Origin: Candidatus Hermodarchaeota archaeon | GTDB taxonomy: Archaea; Asgardarchaeota; Hermodarchaeia; Hermodarchaeales; Hermodarchaeaceae | Length of the DNA: 8,385 nt | Assembly: GCA_965372125.1 (NCBI GenBank) | Contig: CBDVBC010000045.1 | Location: 1-8,385 of the forward strand | Direction of reading: 5' to 3' | Shown: one piece after another, positions 4,761 to 8,385 of the stretch | How positions within the stretch are numbered: the stretch's first letter is position 1 | Layout: each line of letters begins with the position of its first letter | Position numbers and translations under genes: made by a program | Notes under the pieces: model-generated | Databases searched by the model: none | Told to the model about the DNA's origin: nothing | What the model saw: only the letters and a program-made list of their open reading frames with translations

Positions 4761-5861
4761 ATGCAAATTGGTACCGATTTTTCTTGGATATTTCAATTGA
4801 TATTCATGGTCCTATTCTTAGTGATGTATCTTTACGGAACGCGACTTCAGGTATTCATGATGACGCGGCAAGTTGAGGCTGCGGCTGGACAGCTGGAATC
4901 GCTTTCAAAGCAGGGCAAGCAGATTGCCTTTCGGGTGTTTAAGGAGCTTGGTGTAGCGGAGGAGGAAATCAAGGCCGCTGTGGAGGAGTTCATGGAGTTC
5001 TTCTTAATCGAGCCGGTTAGCATTGATCCTGCGGGCGTTCTTGGAAGGTTGGAACATCTATTAGATGTACGCTCACATAGATATGAGAAGCATATAGAGC
5101 GGGTTGCTCCAGATGCTGAGCCTGAGCAGGCTGCAAATGCGGAGAGCGTGCTCTCTGCAGCCATGGCTGTTTATTATGTTTTTAGAGTTGTTCGCCACTT
5201 TCTAATTCTTGGAAAGAAAACAAAGAGCCTTTACCTTATCATGCAAGTTCAGATGCAATTACCAATGATTATGCAGATGGCAAAAGCCTATTTCGACGCT
5301 ATCAAAGCCTTTGCTGATGGTAAACCTATTGGGGATGGCATGGGTCCTTTAGCCGTCGCGCATTTCGCTCGTGAACTAAAGGCCGGTAAATCCGAGGAGC
5401 TTGCTAAGCACACAGTATCCATATCTGCCAAGTTTGAAGAACGGACTGTGTTTATTGTACGTGCGAAGGGACATGGCTCACATGTTGGCAAGCCGGGTGA
5501 AGTTATTCGGAAGCTGGTTGATCGTCACAAAGGCAAAGTCGCCAGAATTATCACGGTCGATGCTGGCTTAAAGTTGGAAGGTGAAGACAGCGGACACGTT
5601 ATTGAAGGAGTTGGTGCGGCAATCGGTGACCCTGGACCTGAGAAATGGAAAATGGAAGACTCAGGGGTCAGATACGATATCCCGATCGACGCGATTGTGA
5701 TAAAAGAATCTCTCGAAGATGCACTTAGTCCGATGAAAAAATCCCTTGTCGACGCGGTTCCTAAGGTAATAGAACGGATAAAGAGCGCAATTCGGCTGCG
5801 AACAAAGAAAGGCGACACCATTATAATAGCAGGTATCGGAAACACCATGGGCATAGCCTAA
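4761..5861 (+). CDS. Conserved archaeal protein of unknown function, DUF1512-like, with an N-terminal transmembrane helix
   Basis: I prefer the ATG at 4761 (GGAG 10 nt upstream) to the tracked TTG at 4692, which lies inside the 5S terminator. The product is 366 aa. It starts with the hydrophobic helix FSWIFQLIFMVLFLVMYLYG, followed by a coiled/acidic region and a C-terminal block ITVDAGLKLEGE..G.V.EGVGAAIGDPG.EK...E......IP.DA.VIKES that I recall from family DUF1512 (from memory, not searched). Confidence 0.78.
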   Translation: MQIGTDFSWIFQLIFMVLFLVMYLYGTRLQVFMMTRQVEAAAGQLESLSKQGKQIAFRVFKELGVAEEEIKAAVEEFMEFFLIEPVSIDPAGVLGRLEHLLDVRSHRYEKHIERVAPDAEPEQAANAESVLSAAMAVYYVFRVVRHFLILGKKTKSLYLIMQVQMQLPMIMQMAKAYFDAIKAFADGKPIGDGMGPLAVAHFARELKAGKSEELAKHTVSISAKFEERTVFIVRAKGHGSHVGKPGEVIRKLVDRHKGKVARIITVDAGLKLEGEDSGHVIEGVGAAIGDPGPEKWKMEDSGVRYDIPIDAIVIKESLEDALSPMKKSLVDAVPKVIERIKSAIRLRTKKGDTIIIAGIGNTMGIA

Positions 5862-5911
5862 AGAACTGATGTCTTCACAAACTAAACATTCGGTCGACAT
5901 ATTCTGTCTCT

Positions 5912-6430
5912 TTGCAAAGCATCAATGGAGGCTATTCACTGCCAGGATTTCCATATGACTGGGTAGCAATAGGAGGCACCTTTGATAGGCTCCACAAAGG
6001 ACATAAAACTCTTTTACGTAGGGCATTCGAGCTTGGACGGAGCGTTCTCATCGGATTGACCACACACGCATTGATAAACCATAAACCTGACTGGCAGTTA
6101 ATTAATTCATACGAGAATCGGGCGGCAGAGTTGAGACAATGGTTGAACTCGGAAGGTTATGGAGGACGCTTCATAATCGAGCCATTGTGCGACTCCTATG
6201 GACCTGCAATAACTGATGAGAAGCTGCAACTCATAATTGTGAGTGAGGAAACCTACTCCCGAGCTAAAGAAATAAATGAGATTCGACGAAAACGAGGGCT
6301 TCCACTTTTGGACATCGCAGTACTGACAATGGTTTTAGCAGAAGATAAAACCTCTATATCTTCAACACGAATCCGTGCAGGGATTATTGATAGAGATGGT
6401 CGGGTCGAATATCGTGAGCGCCCTGCTTAG
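5912..6430 (+). CDS. coaD: Phosphopantetheine adenylyltransferase, archaeal type (cytidylyltransferase-fold, COG1019)
   Basis: 172 aa with the nucleotidyltransferase motifs GGTFDRLHKGH and ISSTRIR. The TTG start at 5912 is the only start codon upstream of the GGTFD motif in this frame. Confidence 0.85.
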   Translation: MQSINGGYSLPGFPYDWVAIGGTFDRLHKGHKTLLRRAFELGRSVLIGLTTHALINHKPDWQLINSYENRAAELRQWLNSEGYGGRFIIEPLCDSYGPAITDEKLQLIIVSEETYSRAKEINEIRRKRGLPLLDIAVLTMVLAEDKTSISSTRIRAGIIDRDGRVEYRERPA

Positions 6431-6800
6431 AAGCGGAAGCCTTTAAGAGTGTGCAATTCTTCCTTTCTTCTAGCGATGAAAGGATACTGCCAAAATACGA
6501 GGTCAGGTCTGAAGGATGGACACTGATGAAGACCTGAGCAAAATATTGGCGACACTGGAGCACGTTGAGGGCTATGCGGCATGTGACAGGTTCCTACACG
6601 ATCTACGGCGTAGCGCCAAGAGGTGAGTGTTTGGCCAACCCAGAATGTCCACAACTCAACGCTGGGTCGCGTCGAGTTCGCATGTCTCGGCACATCAAGA
6701 GAGGACCTGCCGGAGGATTGAAGGCGTTTGCCGACCAAGGACGGCGGGGAGTTAGTGTATCGAGGAACAGAGCAAGGCCGACCCACCACAACCTTCTATT
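6431..6800 (+). ncRNA. Candidate structured non-coding RNA of unassigned family (strand and ends tentative)
   Basis: The 405-nt gap between coaD and trm5 has no credible ORF and is visibly richer in G+C than its flanks. It carries many complementary segments: 6461-6467/6478-6484, 6489-6493/6546-6550 enclosing 6503-6510/6530-6537, 6571-6577/6608-6614, 6587-6594/6703-6709, 6615-6619/6631-6635, 6638-6643/6662-6667, 6563-6569/6655-6661, 6727-6733/6742-6748, and an end-to-end pairing of 6434-6443 with 6774-6780. The G-T wobbles fit only the + sense. Intact signatures of RNase P RNA or SRP RNA were not recognised. Confidence 0.35.
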
Positions 6801-6835
6801 ATCACTCAGATATCAGCTTGATGAAGTGACGCTAT

Positions 6836-7693
6836 TTGAAGAGACTTCGCTATAGATATCGTAGAACCTTCCATCAGTTTCTTCAAGAGCAGTTAGGGGA
6901 TAAGATTCCAGAGTCTCTACTGCCGCGCCGCTTACGTATCTACGGTCACGTAGCTGTTCTCTGGTTGAAGCCCGAAGCAGTTTCTCTTAAGGAAGTCATT
7001 GGCCTGAAAGTTCTTGAATACGATTCAAGAATACGCTCTGTGTTAAGACGCACTGAAGCGATTTCAGGGCCTTTTCGAAGGCCTGCCCTAGAATTAATTG
7101 CTGGGTCTAGCGAGACCGAAACGTCATTTTCGGAGAATGGGTGCACATTTCATATTGATCCAATGAAGGTTATGTTCTCTCTCGGCAACAAGGCTGAACG
7201 GGAGCGAATGAGCTTGCTAGGTACAGACGAACTAGTTGTAGATATGTTCGCAGGCATCGGACAATTCACTATCCCGATGGCGGTTCATGCTTCTCCTCGA
7301 TTGATTCATGCCATCGAATGGAACCCTGAGGCTTTCCACTATCTTGAGCGGAACATACACGAAAACCGGGTTGATGGTATCGTTACTCCCCATCAAGGAG
7401 ATACCGATATTATCGCAATCGAAGTATCTCAAGGTCAGGCTGATCGTGTACTAATGGGATTGGTTCAGGGAACTGAACGTTATCTAGAGAAGGGAATCAC
7501 CTGTTTGCGTCCAGGAGGCGTTCTTCACTTTCACGAAATATGTCCGCGCCCAGGGGCGATTGCGGCAGCAGTCAAGATTGTTGAACATGCCGCCCAGCAG
7601 ACGGATAGGCAGGTAAGAATGCTCGGCGGACGAATTATCAAGTCATATAGCCCGCTGAATGTTCATGTGGTTTTAGATGTACGAGTGGACTAG
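6836..7693 (+). CDS. trm5: tRNA (guanine37-N1)-methyltransferase, Trm5 family (short form without the N-terminal D1 domain)
   Basis: 285 aa. VVDMFAGIGQFTIPMAV (SAM motif), IEWNPEAFHYLERNIHENRV, ADRVLMG and NVHVVLDVRV are colinear with M. jannaschii Trm5 (VVDMFAGIGHLSLPIAV ... IADRILMG ... VWHVVLDLRV, from memory). The TTG start is forced by an in-frame TGA at 6827-6829, and the next in-frame ATG is more than 100 codons downstream. Confidence 0.88.
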   Translation: MKRLRYRYRRTFHQFLQEQLGDKIPESLLPRRLRIYGHVAVLWLKPEAVSLKEVIGLKVLEYDSRIRSVLRRTEAISGPFRRPALELIAGSSETETSFSENGCTFHIDPMKVMFSLGNKAERERMSLLGTDELVVDMFAGIGQFTIPMAVHASPRLIHAIEWNPEAFHYLERNIHENRVDGIVTPHQGDTDIIAIEVSQGQADRVLMGLVQGTERYLEKGITCLRPGGVLHFHEICPRPGAIAAAVKIVEHAAQQTDRQVRMLGGRIIKSYSPLNVHVVLDVRVD

Positions 7694-7821
7694 ATAATTA
7701 GCTGTCTACAGTTGGCGATAAATCTGTCATTTACAACAGTCTCCATCTTCGAGGCATTAAAAGGGCTGATAATGGTATTCTTTCATTTTTTCATTATCCT
7801 TCAATACAAAAAGACGAAATC

Positions 7822-7850
7822 ATAAAATAGTTCTAATATGTGTCATTAGA
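7822..7850 (+). promoter_or_regulatory. Putative TATA box plus a 7-bp inverted repeat immediately upstream of the Toprim gene
   Basis: ATAAAATA (7822-7829) is centred about 27 nt before the ATG at 7853, which implies a leaderless mRNA. TTCTAAT (7831-7837) and ATTAGAA (7844-7850) form a perfect inverted repeat between the TATA box and the start. Confidence 0.4.
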
Positions 7851-7852
7851 AT

Positions 7853-8272
7853 ATGTCAAGCACGCGGAATGCATTATCAGCAATGCAAGAATTACTCGAG
7901 GAGAAATTTAGAGATGGTGTTGCACTCCTAATAGAACTATCAAGGGAGGGAGTAGTGGTTATAGCGGAGGGACAGAAGGATATAACGTCCTTAAGGCGGT
8001 TAGGACTCACTGGACCAATTGTTCCTCTTGCAGGGCATAGTGTTATCACACTAGCAGATTTACTTGCTGGAGATAGTCAAGTTTTGATACTTTTCGACTT
8101 TGATACACGTGGTGAACAGCTTACTAAATTATTAACGTCACAATTACACGGAACGGGAACGAGAATACATCATGATTTTCGAAGAAAATTAAGGAAGGCA
8201 TTCAGTTGGCAATCCCGAGTAATCGAGGGATTAAGCCCACTGGATAGGGATTCAAGCACCACAAAGCTTTAA
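7853..8272 (+). CDS. Small Toprim-domain protein (COG1658-like, RNase M5 / small primase-like)
   Basis: 139 aa. VVVIAEGQKDITSLRRLGL supplies the conserved Toprim Glu, and VLILFDFDTRGEQL supplies the DxD motif. ATG start. Confidence 0.8.
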   Translation: MSSTRNALSAMQELLEEKFRDGVALLIELSREGVVVIAEGQKDITSLRRLGLTGPIVPLAGHSVITLADLLAGDSQVLILFDFDTRGEQLTKLLTSQLHGTGTRIHHDFRRKLRKAFSWQSRVIEGLSPLDRDSSTTKL

Positions 8273-8385
8273 TCAACCCCACTCATGTCTCATCTTGTAT
8301 CATACTTACATATCGTCAAGCTCACTTTGACGTCTTTAGTACAATTGGTATACCTATCCCAGATATGATTGTGGTGACGAAAACC

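Noticed and set aside
4847-5900. Four minus-strand ORFs (4847-5164, 5288-5491, 5525-5854, 5661-5900)
   Set aside because: All are antisense to the DUF1512-like CDS and are Ser/Ala/Pro-rich shadow frames.
6508-6537. C/D-box sRNA suggested by CTGA ... CTGATGA ... CTGA
   Set aside because: The box spacing is wrong, with only 4 nt between the C-like box and the next CTGA. The would-be guide regions are complementary to each other and form the 8-bp stem of a hairpin.
6475-6783. Calling the 6431-6835 region RNase P RNA or SRP RNA outright
   Set aside because: Only partial look-alikes are present: GATGAAAGG versus CR-I, ACAGAGCAAGGCC versus CR-IV/V, and AGGTCTGAAGG versus the SRP helix-8 loop. The P4 pairing expected for RNase P and the AGCA/GNRA arrangement of SRP helix 8 could not be built by hand. 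It is left unassigned pending a covariance-model search.
6427-6855. ORFs 6427-6789 (-), 6565-6855 (+) and 6603-6791 (-) as protein genes
   Set aside because: They overlap one another on both strands, are strongly Arg/Pro/Ser/Gly biased and have no motifs. The region is better explained as structured RNA.
6946-7432. Tracked ORFs 6946-7146 (-) and 7232-7432 (-)
   Set aside because: They are antisense within the well-supported trm5 gene.
7772-7825. 17-aa hydrophobic mini-ORF (MVFFHFFIILQYKKTKS) in the AT-rich spacer before the Toprim gene
   Set aside because: An ORF this short in AT-rich DNA is expected by chance, and there is no supporting evidence beyond a weak AAGGG upstream.
7846-8049. Tracked ORF 7846-8049 (-)
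   Set aside because: It is antisense to the Toprim CDS.
8287-8385. Possible 3' end of a minus-strand gene entering from the right edge
   Set aside because: Two minus frames stay open for only 20-32 codons and carry no recognisable motif, so neither can be supported.
1-8385. CRISPR arrays, transposases, integrases or an integrated element using the tRNA genes as att sites
   Set aside because: There are no spaced direct-repeat arrays and no integrase- or transposase-like ORFs. The only tRNA-adjacent repeats are 7-11 nt (1164-1185; 3944-3950 with 3984-3990), too short to call att sites.

Overview
This is an archaeal chromosomal window dominated by stable-RNA genes and RNA-processing genes. It is not an obvious mobile or defence island. 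Left to right: the 5' part of rpoB (-, runs off the left edge); tRNA-Asp and tRNA-Tyr (-); a HycI-type hydrogenase maturation protease (-); a tRNA-splicing endonuclease paralog lacking the catalytic His (+); tRNA-Arg(CCT) (-); rpiA (-); tRNA-Thr(GGT) and tRNA-Met/Ile2(CAT) in tandem (-); tRNA-Leu(TAA) (+); tRNA-Thr(TGT) (-); tRNA-Pro(TGG) (+); a solitary 5S rRNA (+); a DUF1512-like membrane-anchored protein (+); archaeal phosphopantetheine adenylyltransferase (+); about 400 nt of G+C-rich, helix-rich, ORF-free sequence that I cannot assign to a known RNA family; a Trm5-family tRNA methyltransferase (+); and a small Toprim (RNase M5-like) protein (+). Six of the eight tRNA genes are interrupted by nine insertions, and seven of those lie at non-canonical positions (D-loop, T-loop, anticodon stem, position 9/10, variable region). 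They sit beside a probable structural subunit of a heteromeric splicing endonuclease. Together with the unlinked 5S gene, this suggests a TACK/Thermoproteota-like archaeon (inference only). The best candidate for something undescribed is the unassigned structured region at 6431-6835. No CRISPR array, transposase or integrase was seen. All motif comparisons are from memory and by eye, with no searches run.
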